DNA from: Octopus sinensis
Lineage: Eukaryota
Assembly: GCF_006345805.1 (NCBI RefSeq)
Contig: NC_042999.1
Location: 61,194,001 to 61,258,000, forward strand
DNA length: 64,000 nt
Direction of reading: 5' to 3'
The notes below the pieces were generated by a model. It was not told the DNA's origin and did not search any database. It saw only the letters and a list, made by a program, of their open reading frames with translations. Shown in pieces: positions 25,943-40,934 of the stretch. A program made the translations under genes and the position numbers. Positions within the stretch are counted from its first letter, which is position 1. Each line of letters starts with the position of its first letter.

Positions 25943-27152
25943 CTAGCAAGTATAGATCATTTTTAGAGTCCCAGCAGTAGGGGGGCTCTTGATGAGGCTT
26001 ATAAGTGATAATGTTCTTCATATTGGGGCAATAGATATCCAAAGGTAGTGTAGTACAATCGTTTCATGCTACTTCATTTAATTAAACAATGTAAGTATTA
26101 CATCAGCTTTAAAATGTAGAGCAATCTTCAGCCACATATGGAATTTTAAAATTAAATTGAGAATGTTCATTTTTATACATATATATACATATATATACAT
26201 ATATATATATATACATATTTACATAAATGCATACACACATAATACATACACACACACACACGTATATATAGGTATGTATATATATATGTATATGCATATA
26301 TATGCTCACAAACACACAAATATGTGTATTGGGTGGAGAAGCAGCTTATCTCAAGTATAACCATATATTTTTTTAATAAAATAATTTGGGATTACTGTAA
26401 AAAATAGACACAATGATTGAACCAGGGTCCTCCTGTGTTTGGAAAGACGAGGGCCTCACGTTATGTTAGCTCTAACTAAAATCTTGTTATGCAGGATATC
26501 TTGGTGATATCATATTTGAGACACAGCAAGTGGTATGCTGCCGCATTTAGTTAACCGTCTAAAAATCGACAAAGTATACTGATTTGAAAACTGCGACAGT
26601 GTCTTTGAAATTACATATTCACAAAATTATCTTTAATACACACACATACATATGCATAGTATATATTATAACTATAATATAAATATAGACCAAGCCATCT
26701 ACCCATCTTCAGTCACAAGTGTTAGGTATACCTCCAGGCTATAGAAGAAATGACGCTTAAAACTTGTGAATATGAAGCGAAGCTTTCAACTGTTCAGCTA
26801 TATTTCACCGAAAATTTATTGAAGCACGTTTACGTATACTTTTATCATTATCTCCGTCACTAACCATCCAGTTTGACTAATGTCATTCAGAATGAAGTGA
26901 GATGTTATGAAATCTATCAGCTTAGATTTTGAAGCAGGGAAGAAATTCAAAATCTGAAGTGGCAAGTATACAAACATTGTAGAAATACAATATAGTGTAA
27001 AATTCTAAATACGAAACAATAAACTTAAATCCCCAAGAAATTTTATGTCGTCTGCAAAATAGAAAGCGAGGCACACGATTCCAGTAAGTCTAAGATTGTT
27101 GCTTCAACTTATGTATCTATAAACTCAATCATACTCGAAGTCAATTTTAATG

Positions 27153-27190
<38 letters not shown>

Positions 27191-28306
27191 TATATATATG
27201 TATGTATGTATATGTTCTGTCTGTACCATGAAAAACAAATGGAAGGATAGGACAGCGAGGAAATATCGCTTGCATTTAAAATTACATTTTCTTCTCAAAT
27301 AACTGAATAGAATTTTAGCTTTCAGCAAGATGTAAAGTACTATACTAAATCGCTTTGTTTTGTTGGTAAATTTAGCAAGTATTTCTTTAATTATGTCCCT
27401 TAGTATTTCATTGGATATAGTCTTTCCGCGGAAAACAATTCCTTCTTCTACTACTTAAGAAATGGCAGTATTAACCGCTAAATTCCGTTATATACTCGCA
27501 ATCTCGGAGACATATTGGAGTGAAGGCTCTAAGGATCTGAGCTATGGGGAAACTCGTGTAAAATGCGACCAGGGTTGCCGAGTATGCGAATAAGGATACA
27601 AGAGTTAAAAAAGGGGGAAGATAACATTGGGACATCAGCAGTGGAAAATATTCAAGCGTGGTGTATACTGCAGGCTCTTCTTTAGGCCGAAGGAATTTGA
27701 TTAAATGAAAGATTACATTGTCGCAAGGAGATACAATCTGAAATCCTCTCCAGTTTTTAACCACTTTCTTTTTCCCACGCCATAGAAAAACGCAATAAGC
27801 AATCAGTTTATCCCGCAAGCGTCCACACACACACACACTCATATATATATGAATATAATACTTTTTTTCGTTCAGCGTTAACAGCCCTTCTTATCTTGTT
27901 TTTCCTTGTCCTGTCTTTTACTACTTATATTTTGTACTGTCGTTACTGTCCTGGTTTTGTTACCATTTTTACCCCTCTGCAAAAAGATCTCAAATTTTAA
28001 TTGATTTGCTTTTCGCAGGAAGGAATGTTTCTTATCGAAGATACGTCTCGCCTTCACCTTCGAAACGTAGAGTAGATGAAACCATGGCGACTGAAGAAGG
28101 GTTTTTTTCTTTGTGTTAATTGTCCTGTACCCTATTTTTTTGTTGTTTAAAAAAAATGTCCAGTTCCTTGGGTTTGTGTCTATGTTTTCGTTTCTCATTG
28201 TGTTCGACGTTTTTTTTTTTGGTGTCCTGTACTCATATATGCGTGTATATACATGTAGAGGTAGGTACGTACATATATGTATTTATATATGCAAATGTTT
28301 TATTTA

Positions 28307-28365
<59 letters not shown>

Positions 28366-28429
28366 CGATTGATAGATAGATAAATAGATAGATAGCTAGA
28401 TAGATAGATAGATGGATGGATAGAGAGAG

Positions 28430-28463
<34 letters not shown>

Positions 28464-28512
28464 ATGGATAGATACATAGATAGATATAGATACAGATATA
28501 GATATAGATATG

Positions 28513-28798
28513 TTTCTTTATTAGCCACACAGGGCTGCACACAGATAGAACAAATTACAACGTAGAGCTTTTCTTTTGAAGGTAAAAAAGGGGGGGTTCG
28601 ATCAAAAGGGATCGTAAAAGGAGAGAAAGAGGACAATAAAAGGCGGGGTTAAAAAAAGGGGGGAAACAATTGATCAATAGGGATCGTTATCACAGAAATG
28701 TCAATATGAAGTGTAAAGGGGAGGACAGGTGAGGTTTACCCGTGGAAAGAAAAGCCTACGGAAAAGACCACGGTAACCTCGGTCAATGAAGTCACATG
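28513..28798 (-). mobile_element. Probable LINE 3' end embedded in (TAGA)n
   Basis: Non-microsatellite segment with a T-rich minus strand, flanked on both sides by GATA/TAGA tracts; family not established. Confidence 0.35.
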
Positions 28799-28799
28799 T

Positions 28800-28941
<142 letters not shown>

Positions 28942-29454
28942 TTCTTTTATTCTGTTACTTGCTTCGCCCATTTGATTGTGGCCATGCTAGAGAATAGCCT
29001 TTAGTCGATCAAATCGACCGCATGACCTATTGTTTGTAAGTCTAGTAGTTATTCTATCGGTCCCTCATGCCGATCCGCTAGTTGACCTCGGATGCTCCCG
29101 GCAAACAGTTTCTGTGGAAACTGGGTTCTCGAGGTGGTCATTAAATAATTCAAACTTTGTATGAGTCCATACCGCGTAGATGCTGTAATTATTGCCAAAT
29201 GTGCTCCCACCCCATATTAAAATAAATTTCTTTGAAATTTTTGGGTGTTTCTATTATTTTGTCCAAACTCTGTAGATATTATATATATGTCCACTTTACA
29301 CAGAGCAGAAATGACAGAGAAATTTGAAGGGGTGGAATAAAGATAATATGAATTCAACAGCTTCTGGGGCCTTGGGGATGCATAATGATGTTGGTAGACA
29401 TGTATATATTATAATATATATATATATAATATATAATATATATATATATATCGA

Positions 29455-29635
29455 TTTTTTTTCCTCCGTCTTACCTTCTTTGGATCTTTCCTTTTCCTAT
29501 GTTCTGACGAAAAGCTCCGCTGGAAACGTTAAATGCTCCATCTTTCGTTTTCCTGACCGTCCAATAATACTATATTTGTTCCACGTCCTCGCGTTGTTTG
29601 TTTTCTCTTGGTGTTTTCATGTTTGGATTAACTTT
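29455..29635 (+). mobile_element. Solo PLE terminal repeat with degenerate hammerhead
   Basis: ctgacgaaaagctccgctggaaacgtta; aligns with 22590-22780. Confidence 0.7.
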
Positions 29636-29709
29636 ACAATATATATATATATATATATTATATTATATATTATATATATATATATATAATATAGATATAT
29701 ATAGAGAGA

Positions 29710-29744
<35 letters not shown>

Positions 29745-29747
29745 AGA

Positions 29748-30076
29748 GGCGCATGGCTCAGTGGTTAGATCGTCGAGCTTACGATCGTCAGGTTGTGAGC
29801 TCGAATCCCGGACCGGGCTGCGTGTGGCTCTTGAGCAAAGCACTTTATTTCACGTTGCTCCAGTTCACTCAGCTGTAGAAATGAGTTGCGACGTCACTGG
29901 TGCCAAGCTGTATCGACCTTTGTCTTTCCCTTGGATAACACTGGTGGCGTGGAGGGGAGGCTGGTATGCATGGGCGACTGCTGGTCTTCCATAAACAACC
30001 TTGCCGGACTTGTGTCTAGGAGGGTAACTTTCTAGGTGCAATCCCATGGTCATTCATGACCGAAGGGGTCTTTACC

Positions 30077-30080
<4 letters not shown>
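29748..30080 (+). mobile_element. SINE family S2, full length
   Basis: tRNA-like head ggcgcatggctcagtggttaga...ctcgaatccc; CORE-like segment. Confidence 0.85.
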
Positions 30081-30117
<37 letters not shown>

Positions 30118-30145
30118 TATTATATATATATAAAAGGGTATATAA

Positions 30146-30184
<39 letters not shown>

Positions 30185-30670
30185 TATATATTATACATAT
30201 ATATACATATATAATATATATTACATATATATATATAAAATATGTATATGTATATGTATGTATATGTATATATATATATACATATATATATTTATAATGT
30301 ATATGTATGTATATGTATATATATATATATATACACATATATATATAGTACATGTGTGTGCGCGTGTGAGTGTGTGTGTACATATACGTGTAAATGAATA
30401 TATAATTACATAAATATAATTATAATTAAGGGCACAAAACAACAGCGCATATGCTAGGGGAAGAAGTTAAACGACTACAAACCACTTTGAACTTGCACTC
30501 CATTAGCTCAAGGTTGAATGCGAGGAAAATGGAGAAATACTATTTCGTAATGAATTTTCTTATATGTTGGCCACTGATAAAATTATCAAATTTTAATTAT
30601 TTTATCCTTAATTATGTATACGTATACATGTGTATATGTATTGTGTATTTATACTTATGTATATACAAGC

Positions 30671-30715
<45 letters not shown>

Positions 30716-32499
30716 GGTGTGTGTGTGTGTGTGTGTGTGTGTACATTTAAAACGTATATGTTAATAAATATAAGTTCGTATATATGTATGCCTAAAAAAA
30801 ATATTTGAGCGTAGCAGTCTGATATTTCCATATGCGTTTCAAAAAAAGCTAATCGAAATGTTTTCTAACACCCAGCCTGTCACGGGTCAGTGTGTAAAAA
30901 TAAAGAAAAGCGAAAGGACGAAGAGGGATCATGTAAAATAAGCCTGAATACTTTCTGACATTCTTGCAATATTTTCTATTGAAACAGTGAGTATACATAT
31001 AAGTGTATAAATATATCTTCTTATATACTTTGTTCTTTAAATTTTGAAACAATACTGTTTCTTGTTTTTAGAAAGTTAAACAGCGCATCAACTTTGTTAT
31101 TGTTAAGATGCTGCTTTCTTTATTTGTTGAAAGTACATTAGAACCTTATCTATAGGTTTTTAACTGACTTTTTGTGAATCCCATGCTTTTGTTTCAATAT
31201 TGGAAATAGAGTCAATTTAAATTGTTATACATACACATTTATATATATATATATATAACATTAATAGGAACCCATAAAAATAATAGAGTATAAAATGTCA
31301 AATACATCAGTTGCATTCTTCCTAACATAAAAAAGTAATGAATCACGTCAGAAATACGGCAAAACATTTGGAGAGGAAAGAAGCCTTAAGAGAGTAAGCT
31401 TTTGACATTTTAAGTTTTGTTAGAGTAACAGCAGACATATATTTTGGAACAATGTTGTTTGACCGATATAATTTGACGGATATATATGTGGCATGTAAGA
31501 ATTCAATTTTATAAATTACTTTTAACTTTAAAAACAAAGGAAAATTAATCATTCCAAGTTTTACACACGAGTCATTAAATTCAGAAACAATTTTATTAAT
31601 AAAAATGTTTTTTTAAAAGTGTAGTCTAAATAATGAAACAAAGGAATCGTTAAAATCAGCGGCAATATTTCCAATAATGAAAGCAAATAAAAACAAAATT
31701 CAGAACGGTGGAAAGTCAATAATTTGCAGAAATCAATACCTTATGAGAATTTATCAAGTGTTTGTTACGTTTTATTTAGTATAAATTAATTTTAGAATTA
31801 ACCGTACAATCCAAAGAGAAATTTCTAATCACAATGCCCAGAAAATCTTCAAAACTAAATATTTTTCTCCAAGAACACTGATTTCGAGAATATAGAAAGA
31901 AAGTAGGTAAATTTTAAAACTCATTCTCATATATGATTTTAGTAAAAGGCAGATATAATCTTGAAATGATGTGTGTGTGTGTGTGCGTGTGTGTGCCTAT
32001 GTGTCTTTGCGTGTGGCCTGTGTGTGCGAATGTGTACACACAGAAAATGAATTAACATGATTTATATATCCAGGCGATATAAAGTATGGTCTATTAATTT
32101 TCGGTATCATGACACTTGGAAATTTGTGTCAAGATTGTTAATTAAATCTTGGAGCTTCATCATATAAGCGAAATAATTCATTGCAATTTTATATTCATTT
32201 TCCCATTATGTTCTCTTTCTAGTTTGATTCATTAATTTTGCCGGTCCCTTAAGTTTCCAAAAAACAGTCAAGAAATTCTGCAGATGCTATGACAAATTGT
32301 ATTCAGTAAAAATTTTATATTGCATCAGTTGGAACCAAACCATGTATTTCCCCATTCACATGTACAATTGAAGCAATCAGCCATAAATTTAATTTTATTA
32401 ATCAATATGTTATAATAGTTAGAGTAAATATTGACATTTTCCGAGGATTTTTGATGATTTAGTAAGAATTTATTAATATTTAATCTTCTATATTTTATT

Positions 32500-32725
32500 C
32501 CTTTCAGTTATTAGACTGCGGCCATGCTTATGCAGGACCTTGAAAGGTTTGATCGAAGAAATTGATCTCAGTACTTAGGATTTTTAGGCGTGGTACTTAT
32601 TCTATCAGTCTCTTATGTTAGAACACTACGATATGGGGACATAAACAAACCAACAGCAATTGTCGAGCGGTTGTGTGGTACAATCACAAACAGAAAGGCA
32701 CACATACACATGTATACACACAGGC

Positions 32726-32766
<41 letters not shown>

Positions 32767-33000
32767 GATGCATATATATACAAACGCATACACACATATA
32801 TGTGTGTGGTGTGTGCATGTGTGTATGTATGTACGAATGTCTATTTAAGATTAAACATTCGTACAACTCCTCTCAAAAGGCTTTGGTCCATTGGGAACTA
32901 TAGTGGAAAGCACATATCCAAGGTCCCAACAGGCGGCACAGAGTTTGGAACCATGCGGTTTGTAAACAAGTTCCTTCCTACACAGTCACGCAAGTAAAAA
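32500..33000 (-). mobile_element. SINE S4, diverged
   Basis: Reverse complement of the family tail and head around an internal microsatellite. Confidence 0.6.
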
Positions 33001-33304
33001 AAATACTGAAGAAAGTTAGTGACCTACGGTATGGAGAGTAAAAGATATATGGATCAAAACAGTTTGGTGCAAATTCGTTGGTACACTTGAGTTTCAAGTG
33101 TGATGCTAGTCTTCAGCCGTTTGAAGCGCAAAGGTAACAACGAACACGACACCAGCTACAACATCTATATGTTTAAGATCTACAGCAAGACATGATGCAA
33201 CCAACACATGCATACGTTTCGCAACCCAAACATATATAGACATTCAAATGTGTCATTATCCAAACGAGTGTATATATTAAACACTTATAAAGGTTTTTAG
33301 TGGC

Positions 33305-33625
33305 AGAAATCGACCCCAAGACTTATTCATTGTAAGCCTAATGCTTCATTTATCGCTCTTTTGTGAAACCGCTAATGTACAGCGAATTGAATACACCAAT
33401 ATCAGTTGCAAGCGATGGGAGGGGGATAAACATAGACACATAAATTTATTCATATATAAATACATACATACGACAGGCTTCTTACAATTTCCGGCTACCA
33501 TATCCACCACAAGGCTTTTGTCAGCCCGAAGAAGGCACCTGCTCAAGGTGACAAGCAGTTGGACTAAATCCGGTGCTATGTGGTTGCAGGAAAGCTTCTT
33601 ATCACACCACACAGCCACTCTTGCG
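33305..33625 (-). mobile_element. SINE S4, diverged
   Basis: accacacagccactc head end; family tail atcgaccccaagacttattc. Confidence 0.6.
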
Positions 33626-33629
33626 CTAT

Positions 33630-33692
<63 letters not shown>

Positions 33693-33859
33693 TGTGTGTG
33701 TGTGTGGTGTGTGTGTGTGTGTGTGTGATACAACATAGATAGAGAGAGAGAGATATGTATGTATATGTATATATTTATATCATATATATGAATGTATGCA
33801 TATGTATGTATATATATATACACATAACATATATATGCATATATATGCATATATATATA

Positions 33860-34288
<429 letters not shown>

Positions 34289-34299
34289 AAAAGAAAAAA

Positions 34300-34357
<58 letters not shown>

Positions 34358-34403
34358 TAAATTTCTAAATCTCTCGTAGAGACATGTACGGTGGTGAGGC
34401 GAT

Positions 34404-34548
34404 AGAATGGTTGTAACATGAACGTGACTGTAGGGGGTACACCACCGCTGTTTAGCCCTAGGAGGCGTCGATGCTTCCTAGGGCTAAACAGCGGTGTGTA
34501 CCCCCCTACTGTCACGTTCATGTTAGATTGACAGTATACAACCATTCT
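34404..34548. repeat. GC-balanced foldback, about 145 nt
   Basis: About 49-bp arms pairing almost to the apex, plus a 12-bp outer arm agaatggttgta/tacaaccattct. Confidence 0.9.
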
Positions 34549-34583
34549 CTCAACACTCTCTCTCTCTCCTCTCTCTCTCTCTC

Positions 34584-34626
<43 letters not shown>

Positions 34627-34710
34627 CCATCCGAATTTCTGAGTACCTCATTTCTTCTAATATAAAATACCTGTACATTATCTCCAAACCTTTAAATATA
34701 TATAGATATA

Positions 34711-35078
34711 TACTCTTTTTACTTGTTTCAGTCATCTGACTGCGGCCATGCAAGACCCCGGGACTTACTCTTTTGTAAGCCCAGTACTTATTCTATCGGT
34801 TCTTTTGCCGAACCGCAAAGTAACGGGGACATAAACACACCAGCATCGGTTGTCAAGCAATGCTAGGGGACAAACACAGACACACAAAGACACACACGCA
34901 TATATACATATATACAACGGGCTTCTTTCATGTTCCGTCTATCAAATCCACTCACAAGGCTTTGGTCGGCTCGAGGCTATAGTAGAAGACACTTGCCCAA
35001 GGTGCTACGCAGTGGGACTGAACCTGGAACCATGTGGTTTGTAGACAAGCTACTTACCACACAGCCACTCCTGCGCCT
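34711..35078 (-). mobile_element. SINE S4, near full length
   Basis: Reverse complement of the 35598-35990 copy, plus the head. Confidence 0.85.
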
Positions 35079-35359
35079 ATATATATGCAATCCCACATAC
35101 ATATGTATTTCGTATATGTATTGTATTTATTAAAATGATCCCTTGAGAATCGCTAATGATCTAGCTACTCTTTCGTTTCTTACTGAAAATTGAGAATTAA
35201 CTTTCAGTCAGCAAATAATATGCTGTCGTTTAACCAAATTACTTGTATTCATACCATGTGTTCTTTTCAGTCATTTCTCGTAGCAAGTTTTAAGATTTTC
35301 AATTACGAAAATTAAGCTTATACGAAACGCTTTTAAATTTTATGTATAAAATTACTTAC

Positions 35360-35386
35360 CTGCATGCACAGTTAAGCTGCACTATG
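35360..35386 (-). CDS. Candidate 27-nt microexon D, IVQLNCAC(R)
   Basis: Acceptor tatttttgactacgtcag|, consensus donor CAG|gtaagt; only the phase-2 frame is open upstream of the donor and it matches the phase-2 acceptor at 25942. Confidence 0.4.
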
Positions 35387-35597
35387 CTGACGTAGTCAAA
35401 AATATCGAAATATATCTCTTAGTTGTTCTAAGAGGTTGTTCTTTCCTTAAGCATGTTAATCTTGAAATATATTCTTACTTTTTCTTGAGGAATTCCATTA
35501 GGATTCCCTTTCTCGTCTCACAGGAAAAGTTCAACAAATTCAGAAATTACTAGGCATATTATTCAGCATAGTATCCTTTAATACACGAACTAACACA

Positions 35598-35700
35598 ATC
35601 CCACTGCGTGGCACCTTGGGCAAGTGTCTTCTACTATAGCCTCGGGCCGACCAAACCCTTGTGAGTGAATTTGGTAGACGGAAACTGAAAGAAGCCCGTC

Positions 35701-35764
<64 letters not shown>

Positions 35765-35990
35765 TTATGTTTTTATGTCTGTGTTGTCCCCCCCCCCAAC
35801 ATCGCTTGAAAACCAATGCTGGTGTGTTTACGTCCCCGTTACTTAGCGGTTCGGCAAGAGAACCGATAGAATACGTACTAGTCTTACAAAGAATAAGTCT
35901 TGGGGTCGATTTTCTCGACTAAATGTGGTGCTCCAGCATGGCCGCAGTCAAATGCCTGAAACAAGTAAAAGAATAAAAGAATAAAAGAAT
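35598..35990 (+). mobile_element. SINE S4, 5'-truncated
   Basis: cccactgcgtggcaccttgggcaagtg...gtaaaagaataaaagaat tail. Confidence 0.85.
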
Positions 35991-37075
35991 TTGAAAATAT
36001 GTATTTGTTCTTATGGGTTTTGGTAAATGTGTCGGCAAATTTAAACTAAAACGATTAAAGAAAGTTATTAGTTGATAAGAAATAATTTGAAAACCTAATT
36101 TAAAGAGCGTTGGATTTTTTTAATGAAATGAAGAATTTTAGAATTATACTTAATGGAGTTAAAATGCTTAATGGAGTTTTCTTGTGTAAGAAGAATGACA
36201 AAACTATTATAGACGAGCTCATGTAGTGTGAATACTTAAATATGCCACTGATGCAGGTAGATAAATATCTAATATGTTTTAGGTCTCTGACAGGAATTTT
36301 TAAAACTTTTGTTTTATGTAAACAAATTAGTATGATTCTACATTTATTCCTATGTATGAGAGCCAAGTATAGTCATCAATAAATTATTTTAATTAAAGCA
36401 CCAAAATAGAATGAAGCGTTATTATTAAAATTCTTACCTGACAAACATATATCACAGTTATAAAGTGGAATGTAACGTACAATATGAGTAAATGGAAATA
36501 ACTAATTGAACAAAATAATGAAAGTCGTATTGGTAAAAGTGTGCATAACGGAATTTTAAAATGATTAGATGTTGTTTAAAAGTGAAAAGGTGAAAAAGAA
36601 TGAAAGTAATGAATGATAGACTAATGTTGATGTATTATACTGGGAAATAATGTATTATAATGACAAGTGTTATACTGGATAATTAAATGAAAAAATAGCA
36701 AAATAGAGGTATAAAATACATAAAAAATAAAATGATAAAAACTGTAAAACATATTATATGGTAAATAATGTGAGATAAATGGACGAAGAATAACAGAGAT
36801 GAGGGTGATAAAAATAAAATAAAAGAATGGGTGATCAAATATCAGAAAGAAATAAAATTCAATGCGTTAAGGGAAAATACAATAAACCAGATACAATAAA
36901 TGGATTAAATCTATATAAAAGTTCACTGGAAAAATTTACTATGTCAACAACGATGTACACGTAGACAAATTCAGACGCGCATATACATGTATATATTTAT
37001 ATGAGTGTGTGTGTATAGATACGTATATGTATACATGTATGAGTACACACACCACACACACACACACACACACAG

Positions 37076-37146
<71 letters not shown>

Positions 37147-38065
37147 ATTATGCACATACAGACGCATGCGCATAAAGACAGCAAGACACAGCAAACGAGA
37201 GAGAGATCGGGCGGAGGGAGGAAGGTAAGTGAGAACAGTAAATAAGAAAATTGTATAATGGATATATGAAAAAAGGAGAGAAAATTTTACATTATTGCAT
37301 TGCAGCGAACAGTCAAAGCCTGTTCACTGGGGATAATGACAATTTAATTATGAGTCAGATATTTATTTGATGGAACACGAGTTAAAATTTGATATCTTTT
37401 TTAGATAAAGAATAAAGAGAAATTTTAATAATTGGGAACAAAAACGTTCATTAGAAATTCTTTGTGTTCATAATTCATTTGTACTGGTTGTTTAAATTAA
37501 TTTCAGTTTATTGGTGCATTCGCCACAATATCTGTTATAAATTGAATGAATCAAATTTATTGTATTACAAATAACGGATTAAAGGAATAATACTAGCAAC
37601 ATACACATTAAGAATTTCTGCCTGTTAAGCCACCGTCGTTATCTTTCGTTCTATTTCTTGTAGGGTTTATGGTTACTGCATTCTTTGAATTCGACTGTCT
37701 TTAGTTGAGTTTCTAGCGTAACTCTAAGTACTAGAATCAGTGATAGCCACTGAAACCTTCCTCTATTAATTACTGGCCTTGTGTCTGTAACAGAACCTAT
37801 TATGCCGACCGTGGATGAACCAAATAGAACTGGATTACATGGACACAACAGATTCAACAGACGTCTGCACCAGGGAGCAATAAGTAATTCTCGTCTTTTT
37901 TTTTTTTGCACTAACACAGTCGCAAACTAACAAAGGCACACACATATATATATATATGCATATATCCGAGAACTTGATGGATTTGTATTTTCCCCTTGAA
38001 ATTAGCGTAGGAGCATTGAAATCGATGTGATAGTCCATCATGTACTCTTGTTTGATCGAGCTTAC

Positions 38066-38146
38066 TCATGCATCAGCGTGCAACGTTGTTTACTATTCCA
38101 TAGACACACGTACCACAGAGAGCGAGCGTGAACGAAGGCAAGATGG
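38066..38146 (-). CDS. Candidate 81-nt exon C, HLAFVHARSLWYVCLWNSKQRCTLMH
   Basis: Acceptor ttttgtgtgtgtgtgtttcag|, donor GA|gtaagc; phase 2-2 is the only fully open frame; an internal gtacgt donor would give a 33-nt version. Confidence 0.35.
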
Positions 38147-38406
38147 CTGAAACACACACACAAAAATATAATTCATTCAACGAAGTTCTTGAGTTTATTA
38201 ATATTTACTCATAAAGCTTAGGATGACGAAAGGCTCTGTTAAAGACTGCTGCACAATATACCACAGAGTGGGATCGAATTCGGAAAGTCAAAACTATGAA
38301 GCAAACATCTCAAATCCTCCTCCGTACCTGCGTATCGTATATATATTTATATGAATCATATATATATACGTGTGTGTGTGTGTGTGTGGCATGCGTATGT
38401 TTTGTG

Positions 38407-38465
<59 letters not shown>

Positions 38466-38512
38466 GCATATATGTATCTATATACATATATATTTGTATA
38501 TATAAACACATA

Positions 38513-38565
<53 letters not shown>

Positions 38566-38904
38566 GTGTGTGTGTGTGTGTGTGTGTGTTTGTGTGCGTG
38601 CGCATGTGTGTGCATAGGTCGCTATTTAACGTGCATACAAAATACATATTTATCTACGGAAATTACAGGAAACAAAACATCACGCATGTTGCTCGACTAT
38701 TTTTATCCTTTGGTTAATAACGTAAAGTAATTTGATTTAGATATAACTTTCTTTCAGGGGACTTCCTATAGTTATGCACTGAAAATTGAACTGCACACGT
38801 TCTATATATATATGTTTGTGGGTGTGTATGTGTATGTGTTTGTTGTGTGCATGCTTACGTATGTATATATATATATGTATCTATGCATATATGTAAATAT
38901 ATAG

Positions 38905-38937
<33 letters not shown>

Positions 38938-39676
38938 ATTTATACACAGCTATTTATATCTCCTCTATATATAGAGAGATAGATATAGATATATATAGCT
39001 GTGTATAAATATATATATACATATATATACATTTGTATATATGCATATATATATATATATACACATAGAAAAATATACATATATATTCAATTATATATAT
39101 ATATATATTTGTGCATATATACATCTGAATATTGTGTGTGTGTATACATATCTGTCTATGTATGTTACATACTCATGCAAGCTTAATTTCGTGGTGAGTT
39201 CCATACTCCCACAAATGTAAGGTTGTGACTTCGATACCCTAAAATGGCAGAAGTTACAATCTACTCTTCGCGCACAAAAAGAATGCCAGCCTTGTGGTGT
39301 CCACTTTTTTTTTTTTTTTTCATTCAGTTCCATATCCGAGACAATCCGTAGTGTGAAATGCTTCAAGGAACCATTCAGGCACGTGGTACTCGTGATGGGA
39401 ATAATTTGTGTGCGCGTGCGTGCTTGTGTGTGTGTGTGTGTGTGTGTGTGGTGTGCTTGTGTGTGTGTGTGAGTGTGTGTGTGTAAGTGTGTGTGTACGC
39501 GTGTATACAGTTGTGCTTTAGATTTCAGACACATCCCTCTTTATGGATGACTACCTTTAACTAAACAGAGCATTTCATTTCGGAGTTATAGTCTGACGTA
39601 GCATTACACAATTATACGAGGTTTAGTAGTGTATTGAGCTATTTTTTTTACGTGTACTAAACATATTCACATACCT

Positions 39677-40073
39677 TCTTTATATATAAAAGTGATCTTG
39701 TGTGCTGTCTGTCTCCTACGATTTAGATTCCTAACTACTCCCACATTTTGCGGTGCAGTTTAACCGAAACCGGGTATCTTATAGTCGTGATTCATATCGA
39801 GCCCTTCTGGGTATTAGCGGGCGTCTACGATGAGTCTACGATTTAAAAAAAATTTACCATCAATTTTCCCCATTTTAATTTATTTTTGGCATATATAAGG
39901 GAAGTAACTCTCTAAAAATTTATTATTAAATCTCAGAACGTAAAAAGCTACAGTAACACCCTCCCCCCTTTGTGGTTAGCCATATTTAGATGGCTATTAT
40001 ACTTTACATCACTAAAAATGCTTATATAGTTATTTCCCTTACAAACCCGAGCAACGCCGGGCGATACTGCTAG
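39677..40073 (+). mobile_element. Non-autonomous Helitron-like element, second copy
   Basis: Highly similar to 24354-24747; TC...hairpin...CTAG. Confidence 0.8.
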
Positions 40074-40082
40074 TCACATATA

Positions 40083-40298
40083 TACGAGGGATCGATGGAA
40101 AGTTCCTAGCATTAAGAGTATCGTGAAACGCCTGGTTGGAGTCCTTAGCTTCCGGGTTTTTTTACAAGACTTAGAAAAACTGAAGGACCACTGCATTAAG
40201 TGCGTCAATTCGAGAAGGGAATATGTCGAATAAAATCATAACTGATCCTTTTGGGTTTTCTTTTACCCCAAACCAGAAACTTTTCACCGCTCCTCGTA
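40083..40298 (+). mobile_element. Mariner-derived MITE (216 bp)
   Basis: Imperfect TIRs tacgagggatcgatggaaagttcctag / (rc) tacgaggagcggtgaaaagtttctgg; internal LEKLKDHCIKCVNSRREYVE*. Confidence 0.75.
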
Positions 40299-40490
40299 TT
40301 TATAAACACATTCTATCTTTTATATATATCATGCACATCAGCACTCACACACGCACGCACACATACATATATACCATGCATATGAGTACTCATATATGTA
40401 CATATATAGATTATATATATATATATACATATATATATATAATTTGGCACATATTCATATTCATATAGAAATTTACATATACATATACAT

Positions 40491-40533
<43 letters not shown>

Positions 40534-40934
40534 TATATATATATACCCATATTCTTATAAGCCAATATATGTATGCATCATTCTTGCATACATAATAAAT
40601 ATGTAGCTATATAAATTGCAGGAAATAAAATATCACGCGTTGTTGGAATCTTATTATTCTACGTTAATACTTTAGATAGTAAATCATTTGATTTTGATAT
40701 AACATTCTCCGGGGGACTTCCTACAGTTATACACTCAAAGTCATACTGCAGATTTTTGTATGCAGTAAAGCTCCAACATTGCCAATTCCCTAGCGTTTGC
40801 ATTTTTCGTTCCAAGTGCAAAAGAATTTTAAAGTAGAGAGATCCATTGTATATTATCGGCTTACGAGATAAATATTTTCTGCTTCATTCCTTCAAATTCA
40901 AATACTTTTCTTTGATTCTTGTAATGGCATTAAC

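Noticed and set aside
27471-27842. 123-aa hydrophobic minus ORF
   Set aside because: Starts in a microsatellite, T-rich bias explains the hydrophobicity, and no convincing splice sites fit the phase chain.
36438-36501. Minus exon candidate LFPFTHIVRYIPLYNCDICLS with CAG|gtaaga
   Set aside because: It sits in low-complexity pyrimidine-rich sequence and would need a weak acceptor at 35417 to stay in frame; not excluded, but unsupported.
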